Shown: piece after piece, positions 24,083 to 37,047 of the stretch
Layout of the letters: each line of letters begins with the position of its first letter
Position numbering within the stretch: the stretch's first letter is position 1
Source of the DNA: Anaeramoeba ignava BMAN
Lineage: Eukaryota; Protista; Anaeramoebae
Direction: 5' to 3'
NCBI GenBank assembly: GCA_028826165.1
Contig: JAPDFW010000094.1
Location: forward strand, 1-64,000
Length of the DNA: 64,000 bases
The notes under the pieces: generated by a model
The model's input: only the letters and a program-made list of their open reading frames with translations
Database searches by the model: none
Told to the model about the DNA's origin: nothing
Program-made: the position numbers and the translations under genes

Positions 24083-26212
24083 TCAATTTAAATTCCAAAA
24101 GAAATCATCAAGAAAATCCTCATTTGAAGTTGAATGACATAAAGCTTCATAATTTTGAGGGATAATTTGATAAGAAACACTTTGGAAAAAATCAAAATCA
24201 CAATAAGTTGAATCACAACCAGGAATTTGTAAAGGATTTCCATTATAAATCATTTGAACATAATATTTTTGAACATCTTCATCATAATAGAGTTCCAAAA
24301 CAATATGACCTGCATAAGCTATTATTATTCCATCATAAACATTATAAGCCTGTAAAAAAGGAGCAACAGAAGAATCATGAGCCGAATAAAAAAGATATTT
24401 CAATTCACTTGTTTTATTGATTGATGCTTCCATTGCTTGAATCATATCTCTCACAAGTAATCCTATTGAAAGATTTGCTACTTCTTGATAAGCATAAATA
24501 GCAGCTAATTCCCATTGAGCTTCATCATGAACCTTTATTTTAATTTAATTTTATTTTAATTTTAATTTTAATTTAAATATTTTAATTTTATTTTATTTTA
24601 AATATTTTTATTTTTACTTGTTCTGCAATTTCAGTTGTAACTCCATCAGGAAAAGAAATATTATGTGCTTTTCTACATGTTAAATCATCGTTAATCCAAA
24701 TATAACTTATTTCCGATTCACTTACATTAAAAATTTCCATAAGTTCTTCAGTTAATGTTTGAATTTGAGTCATATGATTAATCCATTCACTTGAACGAAA
24801 AAGATTTTGAGCAAGAAAACCAATTCTTGGGCATAAAACAGAATTTGCATATCTAAATAAATTTTTCAATTCAAATCAAATCAATTTTCAATTCAATTCA
24901 ATTTAATATTCAATATTCAATCCAAATTAATATTTAATTGAATATTTAATATTTAATTCAATTCAATATTTAATATTCAATTTAATATTTAATATTTAAT
25001 TCAATTCAATTCAATTCAATTTAATATTCAATATTCAATTTAATATTTAATATTTAATTTAATATTTAATTCAATTCAATTCAATATCCAATCCAATTCA
25101 ATTTAATATTTAATATTTAATATTTAATCCAATATTCAATATTCAATATTTAATATTCAATCCAAATCAATATTTAATTCAATTCAATTCAATTCAATTC
25201 AATTCAATATTCAATTCAATATTCAATTCAATATTTAATATTCAATATTCAATTCAATATTCAATTCAATATTTAATTTAATTTAATATTCAATATCTAA
25301 TTCAATATTAAATTCAATATTCAATATTCAATATTTAATTTAATTCAATTCAATATCCAATCCAATTCAATTCAATATTCAATTTAATTCAATATTTAAA
25401 TCAATAAAATATTTAATATTTAATATTTAATTCAATTCAATTTAATATTCAATATTCAATATTTAATTTAATATTTAATTTAATATTTAATTCAATATTT
25501 AATTCTATTCAATATCCAATCCAATTTAATTTAATATTTAATTCAATCCAAATCAATAAAATATTCAATTCAATATTTAATATAAATACATCCAATCAAA
25601 ATCAAAATCAACTGTATAAAGTGGAAACACTTCATCATAAGAAAGAGAAGTCTGAGGAGGATATAAACCACGGAAATTATTCTGTACAGAATCCCTTGTT
25701 CTTGGAATATCTGTTGATCTAATCCAAATCAAATTAGAATCAAATTGATCAGGAAGAAATTTCATATTTTTTATATAAGTTTGTCTAAATTGTAAACCCA
25801 TTTGATAATGTTGTTGAGCTCCTATTGATGTTAATTGACCTGCAGAACAATTTCCTGCTAATAATTCTCTATCCTCTATATAAATTCTTTTGTGAATTCT
25901 GTTTAATTTTGTTGTGTTTTGATTCATTGAACTTGTTGTTGGATAAGTTTCATCAGTTAGTTTACAATACCAAGATACAGTTTTACTTGGTAATGGAAAT
26001 ATTGGTGTTCTATCTCCATGACGAGTAAGCACTTTTATTATTATTTTTTGCAAATTATTATTTTTAATTTTGAAATAAATTTGTTTACAAAAAATTTTAT
26101 AAATTATTTTTTTCTTTTTTTTTTCTTTTTTACCTTGAAGAAGTTGTAATTCTTTTGTTGCTAAATTAAAAGATAGAAAAATTCCTAATAAAATTATAAT
26201 TTCAACTTTCAT
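24083..26212 (-). CDS. Secreted/lysosomal histidine acid phosphatase; exons 26212-26134, 26031-25590, 24852-24618, 24532-24083
   Basis: Signal peptide, RHGDRTP, GQLTSIG, RSTDIPRTRDS, YSAHDSS. Three GT-AG introns give a consistent frame. Confidence 0.92.
24870..25580. repeat. Degenerate (AATTC/AATATTY)n repeat filling phosphatase intron 2 (24853-25589)
   Basis: Visible 5/7-mer array. Confidence 0.9.
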
Positions 26213-26281
26213 CAAATTTTTTTTGTTTTGCTTTAATTTGGAAGAAGAAAAAAAAATGAAAAAATTTTTCTTCTTTTTTTT

Positions 26282-28098
26282 TCATTTTTTAATAAAATTT
26301 AATTTGTAAATTTCTCTCATTTCTTCTTCTTTAATTTTTTCAATTTCTTCCACTAAATCAATTTCATTTTTCTTTAAATCTTTAATTTCATTATTTTTTT
26401 GAATAAATTCTTTGAATGAATTTTGAATTTTTTTTAATTTTTTTTGTTCCACTTTTGAAATAAAGGAATTTTCTTTAAAATCTTGAATAAAACGAATTAA
26501 TTTAAGAATAACTAAGTTTTCACAATTTAAAATTTCTTTAAAATAAGAAATAAATTTAGAAGGATTATTTAAAACTTGAACAGCTTCTTCTCTAAAAAAA
26601 ATTTCTTTTAAACATCTTTTAGGTTTTGGATCTTTTTGAATGAATCTAATAACACCAATTCCTCTTAAAATTGCAAGAATATCTGAAACTCTTCTTCTTG
26701 GCAAACCTGATTCCTTTTTTTCCATTTTATTTTTGAATTATTTTTGATTTTGATTTTGGATTATTTTGAATTATTTTGGATTATTTTGATTTTGATTTTA
26801 ATTTTGATTTTGATTTTGATTTTGATTTTGGATTATTTTTGAATTATTTTTAAATTATTTTTAAATTATTTTTAAATTATTTTTAAATTATTTTTAAATT
26901 ATTTTTAAATTATTTTTAAATTATTTTTAAATTATTTTTGAATTATTTTTGAATTATTTTGAATTATTTTTGAATTATTTTTGAATTATTTTTGGATTAT
27001 TTTTGAATTATTTTTGGATTATTTTTGAATTATTTTTGAATTATTTTTGGATTATTTTGATTTTGATTTTAATTTTGATTTTGATTTTGATTTTGATTTT
27101 GGATTATTTTTAAATTATTTTTGAATTATTTTTGAATTATTTTTGGATTATTTTGGATTATTTTGATTTTGATTTTAATTTTGATTTTGATTTTGATTTT
27201 GATTTTAATTTTGATTTTGATTTTGATTTTGATTTTGATTTTTAAATTATTTTTAAATTATTTTTAAATTATTTTTGAATTATTTTTGATTTTGATTTTG
27301 GATTATTTTGAATTATTTTTGAATTATTTTTAAATTATTTTTAAATTATTTTTAAATTATTTTTGATTTTGATTTTTGAATTATTTTTGAATTATTTTTG
27401 AATTATTTTTGAATTATTTTTGAATTATTTTTGAATTATTTTTGTATTATTTTGAATTATTTTTGATTTGAATTATTTTTAAATTATTTTTGGATTATTT
27501 TGGATTTTGATTTTGATTTTGATTTTGATTTTGATTTTGATTTTGATTTTATTTACTTTTGTGATCTTATCTTGAAATATTTGTTTTTCATTTTTCATTT
27601 TTTCAACAATTTTTAATCCAATTTCTTTTAATGAATTTTCATTCATTTTTTCTAATTTTTCATTATATGATGGAAAATTATGTTCATTTTCTCCAAATAA
27701 TATTGAATTTAAAGAAATTTTTGATTCTTCTTCTTCTTCTTCTTTTTCAAAATTTGTTTTTAATTTGGAATAAATTTTTTTCCAAAATTTTTCATTTTTA
27801 AATTGTTTTGAGATATTCTTTCCAAATTTTTTAAGAAAATCTTCAATTTTATCTTCAATTTCTTTCTTATTTTTTTTATTTTTATTTTTTAATTTGATCT
27901 TTTTTATTTTTAAAATCTTTAATTAAATTTTTTTTTTAGATTTAAAATTTCTTACTTTTTTGATTTTTCTTTTTCTTCTTTTTCTTTTCTTTTTCTTTCT
28001 TTTCTTTCTTTTCTTTCTTTTCTTTCTTCTGGAATTGAAATGTCATTTAAAGAAGAAAGTAAAAAATTATCAAAATCTTCTGTATCAAAAAATTCCAT
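26282..28098 (-). CDS. Divergent E2F/DP-like winged-helix protein; exons approx. 28098-27956, 27865-27557, 26713-26282
   Basis: SLKEIGLKIVEKM...ITK|ESGLPRRRVSDILAILRGIGVI resembles the E2F/DP motif RRxYDxxNVLxxxGxI and is followed by a coiled coil. The exon 1/2 phase is off by one base in a poly-A-rich region. Confidence 0.55.
26730..27550 (-). repeat. 12-bp (AAAAATAATTYA) plus (AAAATC)n repeats filling intron 26714-27556
   Basis: Visible array between the minus-strand GTAAAT and AAAAG. Confidence 0.9.
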
Positions 28099-28555
28099 TT
28101 TAAAAAAGAAATTTAAAAAGAAATTTTGTAAATTGAAAAATGTCAAAAAAAATCAAATTTTGATCAAATAAAATATTTTTTAAATCAATTTCATTTTTGT
28201 TTTTTTTTTAAATCAATTTCATTTTTGTTTTTTTTTTTAAATCAAGATTAATTGAAAAAAAAAAACTTCATCAAAAAAAAATTTTTTTTTTCACATTATT
28301 TTTAATTTTGTTTTTCACATTATTTTTAATTTTGTTTTTAATTTTGTTTTTAATTTTGTTTTTAATTTTGTTTTTAGTTTTGTTTTTAGTTTTATTTTTA
28401 ATTTTGTTTTTAATTTTATTTTTAAACTTTCCAAAAATTAAATTTTCATTTTTTTTTTTTCATTTTTTTTTTTTCAAAATAATTTATTAATTGTTTCTTT
28501 ATTTTTATTTTAATTTATAATTTATAATTTAAATTTAAATTTATTTTTTTAACAA

Positions 28556-31500
28556 ATGGAAACAAAATCCTTAAACTTAGTTTTATGGAAACCAATAAAA
28601 GTAATTGATCATTCAATTACAAAAATTTTATTATCAAATAATTTTGAACAAATTTTAACAGGTTCAAAAAACGGAAATGTTATTGTTTGGAAAGTTTATA
28701 AAAATCAAATTATCCCCCAAATGTTTCTTTTAAATCATCATTTAGAAATTACATCAATTATAGAATCTATTTATTTTTCTGAACATGTTTTTATTATTGG
28801 TATATTCAATTCCAAAATATTTAAATATAAAATATTTAATTATAAAATATTTAATTATAAAATATTTAATTATAAAATATTTAATTCCAAAATATTTAAT
28901 TAATATTTAATTATAAAATATTTAATTAATATTTAATTATAAAATATTTAATAATAAAATATTTAATTATAAAATATTTAATTATAAAATATTTAATTAT
29001 AAAATATTTAATTCCAAAATATTTAATTCAAAAATATTTAATTATAAAATATTTAATTATAAAATATCTAATTATAAAATATTTAATTATAAAATATTTA
29101 ATTATAAAATATTTAATTCCAAAATATTTAATTCCAAAATATAATTCCAAAATATATAATTCCAAAATATTTAATTAATATCTAATTACAAAATATTTAA
29201 TTATAAAATATTTAATTATAAAATATTTAATTACAAAATATTTAATTATAAAATATTTAATTACAAAATATTTAATTATAAAATATTTAATTATAAAATA
29301 TTTAATTCCAAAATATTTAATTCCCAAAATATTTAATTATAAAATATTTAATTATAAAATATTTAATTATAAAATATTTAATTATAAAATATTTAATTAT
29401 AAAATATTTAATTATAAAATATTTAATTATAAAATATTTAATTATAAAATATTTAATTATAAAATATTTAATTCCAAAATATTTAATTATAAAATATTTA
29501 ATTATAAAATATTTAATTATAAAATATTTAATTATAAAATATTTAATTACAAAATATTTAATTAATATTTAATTCTAAAATATTTAATTAATATCTAATT
29601 CTAAAATATTTAATTATAAAATATTTAATTATAAAATATAAAAGTATCAATCGATGGATCTTTATCCATTTGGAAATCTCAAGACGGTTCTTGTATAAAA
29701 TCTCTCAATAATTTCCTTTCTTCTTCTCCAACAAATATCCAAAAAATTCCAAATCATACTTTCCTTTTTATCGCTATTGGAAAAAGTAATAAAATTGAAA
29801 TTATTGATTTGGAAAAATTTCAAGTAATTCAAATCTTATCAAAACATACTTCTTGGATTTCAAATATTTACATCTCTTCTCATTTATTTAAAGATAAATG
29901 TAAATATTTCTTTTCTTTCTTTTTTTTTTGAATTCAAAAATCAAAATTAATATTATCACTTTTATTCATTCATTTATTCATTTTTTTTTTTAAAAGCAAA
30001 CTTAATTTTATCTTTGGGAAATGATGGAGATTTATTTTTTTGGAAAATATTTATCGATCAAAATTCTACTCAAAATCCTCGCAGAATAGAAACAACTTTA
30101 ATTAGAAAAATTTCATTTAATTTTGAAAATATCATTTCATTCACATTTTCTCAAAATGAGGATTTAATGATAATATTTAGTAATCAACTTATCAATATAT
30201 ATGATTGTCTTGGAATCCAAAAATTTTGTCAAATTCCCGCTTTTAGAAACACATCTTGGAAATATGTACATTTTTTAGATCAATTTCATCTTTTTGCAGG
30301 TGATTCTTTTGGTAGAGGCTATATATTCAAAATTACAAGAATTAACTCTGAAAATATAATATCACTTTTACAAGCATTTTCTTTATATTCTGAAAATAAT
30401 AACCAAAATGATAACCAAAACGATGACAACCAAGTTTCTCTTCAAGATATCGATATTTTTAGACCAAATTTAATTGCCATTTTAGAATCAGAAAAAAACC
30501 AAAAAGATCAAATTCATCATTTTCATATTCAAAGATTTGCTTTTAATTGGAAAAAAAGTGTTATCATTTCAGGAAATAATTTAGCACAGATTTTTCTTTG
30601 GGATTTCTCATTAAAATGCAAAGATTCTGATCAAAAATTGATTAAATATTTCCCTTCTATAGAAAATCACTTCAATACTCAATGGGAAATGAACAAACTC
30701 CAAAAATCAAATATTGCAAAAAATCAAGGAAATAAAAAATCTCATCAATCTTTTATCACTTGCCAATTAATTTACGATGATCAATACAGAAAACAATTAT
30801 TCTCTATAAATGGATACTCAAATGGGGAAATCAAACTTAAAAAAATACCCAAAATCAAAAAAAACCAACATATTCAATTTCTTAATGGGCATTCACAAAG
30901 AATTGTCTCTTTATTTATTATTGAAAATGAAGACTATTTGATATCAACCTCTCAAGATTACGTTATTTGTGTTTGGGAACTTTTCACAGGCCAAAAAATA
31001 TCAACATTTTTTCATCACGAATCTATTGTTCGCCATATAATATATCCTCAAAACAAATCAGAAAAACAACCAGATGATTTGGTTATTTTCATTGATGATC
31101 ATAATGTTGTTTCGCTTTGTGATTTTTTGGAGGGAAAAATTTTGTACATTTTCAACCAAAATCAATGCAAAATTACAAAAATATTTTGGACAAACCCAGA
31201 TTTGTGTCTTGCAATCCAAACTGAGAATCTGCAAATATATGTATGGGATTTGAAAACAGGATTTTTGGAAAGGATTATCACAGATCAAGAGCAAATTTAT
31301 TTTTACAATAATTCCAGATTTGATGATATTATCGCTTCAACATATATTTTTGATCAGAAACAAAACCAATTCATTTTGCAAGAAAATCAAACAGAAACAA
31401 AAAATTACTTATCAATTTACTCATTTTTTCTTGGTCGCAAGATTACGGCATCGGTTATTGTAATAAATACCCAAATTCTGATAACCAAAATCATTGATCA

Positions 31501-33058
31501 TCTCAAAAAAAACAAAAAACTTTCTCGAAAATTGCAAATAATTTACTCTCTTTTCACCAAAACAAAGAATCACAATATCCAAAATTTACTCAAGAAAAAT
31601 CTTCAATTCCCAAATTTTACACAAAAAGAGTTCCATTTTGGATTGATAAACGAAACCAAAGCATTGACACTTTTTTTCCCATTTCCGTATAAAGAAACAG
31701 AGCAAAAAACTCTTTTGCAAAATTCTCCTTCGGCACAATGGGAATCATACAATCTGGAATGCCAAATATTACTTTCACAAGTTTTTTTTGGGATGGAACT
31801 TTCCAAATTAGAAGTAGATAAATATCAAGTTTTTGGAACAGAATTATCACTTTATTGCATTAATTCGATAATTCAACAAATTCCGAAAGAAAAATTATTG
31901 ATTTTGTTTGAAAACTTGTGCTTTTTTTGGACACATTCAGATCCAGAAATCCAAAAAACTTGCCGTTCTATTATCGGATTATTGCAAGATCATATCAACA
32001 AGGAACAAGTTCTTCAACTTGCAGCAAAATGGAAAGATAATTTGGAGCATTCTTACCAGCAATCCAAAATCATAGAAAATACAGTGTTATCAGGAATTTT
32101 ATGCTATTATTTTCCAGCATCGATTGGACAATATTTTTTTAATGAAATTGTTGTAAATTTGATTGGAATTATTGAAGAAAAAGCAGAGCAAAGTTTGGTC
32201 TCAATTGAATTGCTTTCTTTTTTATTTAGTTTCAAACAAAATCAATTACAAAATTTGGATCGCTTCATTTCAACACTTTTCCAGTTTATGTTTGAAGGAA
32301 ATAACGAAGAAAATTTCACAGTTTCTAAATCAGCAATATTTTCAACAGCATTCCTTAATCCTGGATTAGTATTGCTTTCTATTGAAAAGGAAGTACATAA
32401 AAAATGCCTAAATTCATCGCAACTAGAAACAAATATTTCAATTGTTTTTGAACTTATGGAGCAAAATCCTGTTGCTTTTCTGGAACACATTTCAACATTT
32501 GCTCAAATCATCATCCAAGTTTTCTCTCAAAATCAAACAACCCAAATCAAAGAATGGGAGAAAATAGAAAATCTGTTTAAATCCTTGCGCAAAATATACC
32601 CGATGATCGACTATCATGGCTCAACCCATAAAATTGCAATCGGAACTTCAAATGGAAAATTGATTTCGTTTTTTTTGGATGATTTGGCATTCCAGCCTTT
32701 ATCTTCAATTCATCATTCTCAAATCAATTGTGTTTGTTTTTCTCAAGATGCAAATTTTTTGGCTTCTTTTTCTCTCCAGGATTTGCTTCTTTGTATTTGG
32801 CAATTACCTTATTTGTCTGAATCTTCCCAAACAGAAAAAATATTATTTAAATTTGGGAAATTAATTGATAAATACAAAATATCTTCAATAAACCAAAATT
32901 TTCGATCAGAAGAAAAATTAAGGAATATTCATTTATTTTGGAAATCTTCTTTTATAATTAGTTTAATTATTGCAAATATTCAATTTGAAATTATTTTAAA
33001 ACAAGGAAAACAAAAAATGAAAATTATTAAATGTCGAAATTTTGTTCAAAAATTATAA
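28556..33058 (+). CDS. WDR7: WD40 protein, WDR7/rabconnectin-3 beta-like; exons 28556-28799, 29645-29899, 29997-33058
   Basis: N-terminal LVLW...HSIT...TGSKNGNVIVW, SIDGSLSIWKSQDGSCI, GYSNGEI, GHSQRI, IYVWDLKTGFLER, YPMIDYH..KIAIG. This architecture is typical of WDR7. Confidence 0.75.
28805..29640 (+). repeat. 15-bp tandem repeat (TATAAAATATTTAAT) filling WDR7 intron 1 (28800-29644)
   Basis: Visible array. Confidence 0.95.
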
Positions 33059-33130
33059 AATAAATTAAGTTCAATTCCAAAAAAAAAAAATTTGATTTTA
33101 TTTATTTGTAAAGTAAAAAAAAAAAAGAAT

Positions 33131-36100
33131 CTAGACTATTCCAACTTCTTTGATTGTATCAAGAAATAAAGTAACATTTTGAGAAAAAATGTTCCTATTT
33201 TCAGGTTCTAAATTTTTTTCAACGCCTCTCATTAAAATTTGAAATATTTCAACACCTTTTGGTTGAGATTCTTGGTCAAGTTCAGAGATGAAACGGTTTT
33301 TCATTTCTTCGAAAAATGTTTCATCAATAACAATAAGATCCAAAAGAGCTCGAGAAAGAGACCAATGAGAATAATAGAGTTCGTAAATCAATTTATCCAT
33401 TAGAACCTTCATTGATTCTCTCAGAATATCAGGATTATTTGCGAAATGAGAGTTGAGAAGATTTGCGATATTGATTTTTTCGATATTTCTTTGCAAAGGA
33501 TTGTTGTAAATATTGGAGTAGAATGAGAAAATATGGTCCAAAGTGAAACAGCAACGGGAAACGATGATTTTGTTATTAATTTTCAATCCAATATGGATTT
33601 TTTTAATCAAATTGGAGAATTCTTCTGAAGTCAATTCTGCGATATGTTCCAGATGAATATCAGTTACAATCTCAAGAAAATGATAGAATCTCTTTGTAAA
33701 TTCAGGAAAAGCTGGGATTGCCTCGTTCGGGATTGCTTTCATAAGAAGAATACCTGAAACAACCATATTTTTCACAAGGGAATCATTGTAATATTTGAAG
33801 TATCCAAATGTGATTAATTCGGATGATAAACAAAACGACAAAATTCGGTGGCAATTAGCGATTGATTTGAATTTCCATCGCATTTCCTCCATATTTGACA
33901 AGCGAGTTTCAATGGAGTTTATTGACTCAACAAGCGAGAGCATATCACCAAACTCGCCTGTTGTTTCCATGCCTGATTGAAGAGACTCTTCCTTTTCGAA
34001 AATAAACTGGCAGTAATTCAGAACAATTTCGCCGACTTGTCTAAACACTTTGAAGCTGATTGAGGAATTTCCTGATGAGTTTATTCTGTTGTATCTGTTG
34101 TGTGAAAACTCGATCCAAAATTTCAGGAATGAGTCGAGAAGTTCTGGATTTTCGAAGGAGTTTTTTGTTAATTGCTTGAAAAATTCTGAGTATTTTGGGG
34201 AAAACCACTCAAAAAATCTTGTGAATTGTTTTTGAGTAATAATTGAGCTCAAAAACCCTCGGAAATCATCGGAAATCACAGCCAACATAAACTGCAGTTT
34301 GTCGGTTGTTATTTCGTTGTTGCTGTTATTGATGATGTTGTTGTTGTTGTTTTCTTCTCCTTCTCTTTTGGAAGTGATTAATTTATCAAATTGATTCAAA
34401 CGAAACTCAAAATTGGAAACTAAATTTCTTAAGGGTTGGTTCACATCACTTGTTTCTGAAGAAATAAACAGGCCTCTTGAGACAATCTCCATGAATTTCC
34501 TTCTGAAAGTGCGATTTCTTGATGAGCTCAAAAGGAAGAAGTTTTCTCTGATAAATTCAGAGACAATCAGATCAAGCAGCTGAGGAGTTGTTGAGAGGCT
34601 TTTGAATGTTCTTGAAAGAATTATTGAGGAAAATAAGGTGATTGATTCTGAGATGATTTGCTCAGAATCGGACCAGAAGATGAAATTTTTGATGGTTCTT
34701 TGGAGAATTATCGTGTATTTTTTACTTTCTTCATTATCCATCAATTGCTCTGACAAATTGAGCAAATCAACTTGTGTATTTTGCAAGAAATGCAAAAAAC
34801 TAAGCTCAACAAAACCGAGAAAAGACGGTAATGAATGATTTTCCAAATCGACGAATTGATTTGGACTCAAATTGAGATTCAAACTTGTGCTCATATTTTT
34901 GCTTTCATTATCATTATCATTATCGTTATTATTAATATCCTCTTCATTTGAATAAAAAAACTCATTTATATGGAAATAAAAATCGTAAACCAAAGAAGAG
35001 AGTTTTGAAACGAATTCCATTCTAGCCTCGAGTGGAGTGATTCCCACTGAGTTCTTGATTGAGGATGTGATGAATAAATTGAGCACAGAAATTTGCATGC
35101 TTGGAATAACGAGAGAAGAAAGATCTTCTCCGTAAAATTTGGGCAATTTACTATTTGCATTTTGATTATTTGCTGTATTATCCCGGAAATCTTGCGATGA
35201 TCTATTGACATTCAATTGGGAAAGATTAATAAGCAGATTTGTGGAGAAATTGCGGAAGGATTCGAGATTTGGACGGTAAAGTTGCTCGTAAAAATTGATT
35301 GTTGAAGAGACGTTTACTTTCCCTAATTCTGCACCAATTTGAATTTTTTCCAAAAGCATTGAATCCAAAATCCATGATTGATCTTCAAACAGATTTCCTG
35401 ATTCGAATTGGTGTTTCACGACGTTGATGATGAGCTGAACATATGATTCGAATATGATTTGGATGTAATTTGCAAACTCGCTTCTGTTTATTCCCAAGTT
35501 CGAGTTGATTATATTCGCAGAAATACTTGGATCGATTGAAGTTGATGAAAAATACAAGTGCTTGTAAAGTTGGATCCAAAAACGGATCAAATAATCGATT
35601 CCGTTTTGGAAGTAATTGAAGTAACTCTCGAGATTTCCTGAGCAATTTTGGAGTATGTCGAGAGTAAGAAAGGCAGTCAATTCGAGAAGATGTGGAGCCG
35701 ATTTGAGATTGGAAAACTCCAAAATGCTTAATGAAGTGACAATTTTAAACAGCAAACGCGAGAGACTGTGGAAATTCTCGATTGTATCAATTCCACGTTT
35801 TGACTGGATTATTGTTGATATTCCAGAAATAACATCCTCAAAAAATTCATCGCGTTTGGATTCCTTGGAAAAAATAGAGGCTCGTGTGCTTGAAATAAGA
35901 AACAAAACCTCCAGGATCTTGGACCCAAGATTTGAGGGATGGAGATTGTAATAATCAAACAATAATTTGATCGTTGTTTGCGATTCAAAAAGATATCGCC
36001 ATGAATTTGGGAATTGGATTGTTATAAAATCGGAAGATGAAGCCTTTTCCGATGAGCGAGTTGCATGAAAATTATAAGAAAAGCAAGTAAAAACAACATC

Positions 36101-36901
36101 AATACAAATGTTGATGATATTGATACTTTCATTCGAATGTTGGTTTGACATCCGATTTTTTCTTATTGAGTATTGTTGATTTTGCTCGTTTATTAAAGAA
36201 TTAAATTTTTTCTCCTCGAAGTCATTAAATTCATCATAAAAAACAGAATTTTCAAAAGGCGAATAGTCTGCGTTTGAATTGTGGAATGCTAAATAAGTCA
36301 AAGCCTTTTGCAAAATGAAAATTAATTGGTGATCCCGAAAAGAAGCTGATTTTCTTTTATGAAGAATTAATGTTTCCTTTTGCTGGATAATGTTTGAAAA
36401 TTGGTAGATCATTTCCATATAAACTTTAAAACCCAAAACTGAATTATCTCCCAAAAAATTTGGGTCGTTAAAAAAATCGCGTGAAGAAAACAATCTCTTT
36501 TGAATTTGATTAACAAATTGCGAATTATGATTTAAAATATCCCAATCAAGTTTAATTATTCTTCCAATTGTTTTTATAAGAGATTTTTCTGCATTTGGAT
36601 CTAATGATTTCTGAGTAAATATATTCATAATCGTGTTGAAAATGGCTTCAATTTGCTCGTGTTGAATTGAATGCCAATGTTTTGTTAAAAGATTAAATAA
36701 TTCATTCGAAATAAATATTTGAGTGTATTTGCAATTTGTTTGTTGAAGAAAAAATGGTCCTTCATCAATAAATATGATTGAATTTGTTAATGAACGCAGT
36801 TTCACTTCTGCATTTTGTCTTTTTGTTGGATCTTGTGATGTTAAACATTGAGTTGCTAATTCGTTAATTTCTTCAATTTCTTTTTTTCTTAAATTTGTCA
36901 T
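33131..36901 (-). CDS. XPO7: Exportin-7 / RanBP16-17 family importin-beta-like protein (intronless)
   Basis: Importin-beta N-terminus, HKRKSASFRDHQL, QFPNSWR, ENFHSLSRLL, LKFWIEFSHNRYNRI, FGYFKYYND, WSLSRALLDLI, ENRNIFSQN. Confidence 0.85.
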   Translation of the reverse strand: MTNLRKKEIEEINELATQCLTSQDPTKRQNAEVKLRSLTNSIIFIDEGPFFLQQTNCKYTQIFISNELFNLLTKHWHSIQHEQIEAIFNTIMNIFTQKSLDPNAEKSLIKTIGRIIKLDWDILNHNSQFVNQIQKRLFSSRDFFNDPNFLGDNSVLGFKVYMEMIYQFSNIIQQKETLILHKRKSASFRDHQLIFILQKALTYLAFHNSNADYSPFENSVFYDEFNDFEEKKFNSLINEQNQQYSIRKNRMSNQHSNESINIINICIDVVFTCFSYNFHATRSSEKASSSDFITIQFPNSWRYLFESQTTIKLLFDYYNLHPSNLGSKILEVLFLISSTRASIFSKESKRDEFFEDVISGISTIIQSKRGIDTIENFHSLSRLLFKIVTSLSILEFSNLKSAPHLLELTAFLTLDILQNCSGNLESYFNYFQNGIDYLIRFWIQLYKHLYFSSTSIDPSISANIINSNLGINRSEFANYIQIIFESYVQLIINVVKHQFESGNLFEDQSWILDSMLLEKIQIGAELGKVNVSSTINFYEQLYRPNLESFRNFSTNLLINLSQLNVNRSSQDFRDNTANNQNANSKLPKFYGEDLSSLVIPSMQISVLNLFITSSIKNSVGITPLEARMEFVSKLSSLVYDFYFHINEFFYSNEEDINNNDNDNDNESKNMSTSLNLNLSPNQFVDLENHSLPSFLGFVELSFLHFLQNTQVDLLNLSEQLMDNEESKKYTIILQRTIKNFIFWSDSEQIISESITLFSSIILSRTFKSLSTTPQLLDLIVSEFIRENFFLLSSSRNRTFRRKFMEIVSRGLFISSETSDVNQPLRNLVSNFEFRLNQFDKLITSKREGEENNNNNIINNSNNEITTDKLQFMLAVISDDFRGFLSSIITQKQFTRFFEWFSPKYSEFFKQLTKNSFENPELLDSFLKFWIEFSHNRYNRINSSGNSSISFKVFRQVGEIVLNYCQFIFEKEESLQSGMETTGEFGDMLSLVESINSIETRLSNMEEMRWKFKSIANCHRILSFCLSSELITFGYFKYYNDSLVKNMVVSGILLMKAIPNEAIPAFPEFTKRFYHFLEIVTDIHLEHIAELTSEEFSNLIKKIHIGLKINNKIIVSRCCFTLDHIFSFYSNIYNNPLQRNIEKINIANLLNSHFANNPDILRESMKVLMDKLIYELYYSHWSLSRALLDLIVIDETFFEEMKNRFISELDQESQPKGVEIFQILMRGVEKNLEPENRNIFSQNVTLFLDTIKEVGIV

Positions 36902-37047
36902 TTTGTTTTATTCTTATTTTTCAATTTAAAAAAAAAAAAGCAAAAAGAAAAAAAAATGAAAAAAAAAATGAAAAAAAAAACTTTTTATTTTTTTCTTTTC
37001 TTTAAATATTATTTTTTTTTTATCTAAATTTCCAAAAATTCCTAAAA

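Noticed and set aside
9430-29640. Regular tandem arrays as CRISPR or telomeric repeats
   Set aside because: There are no unique spacers and no cas genes, the context is eukaryotic, and the arrays lie inside GT-AG introns with different units.
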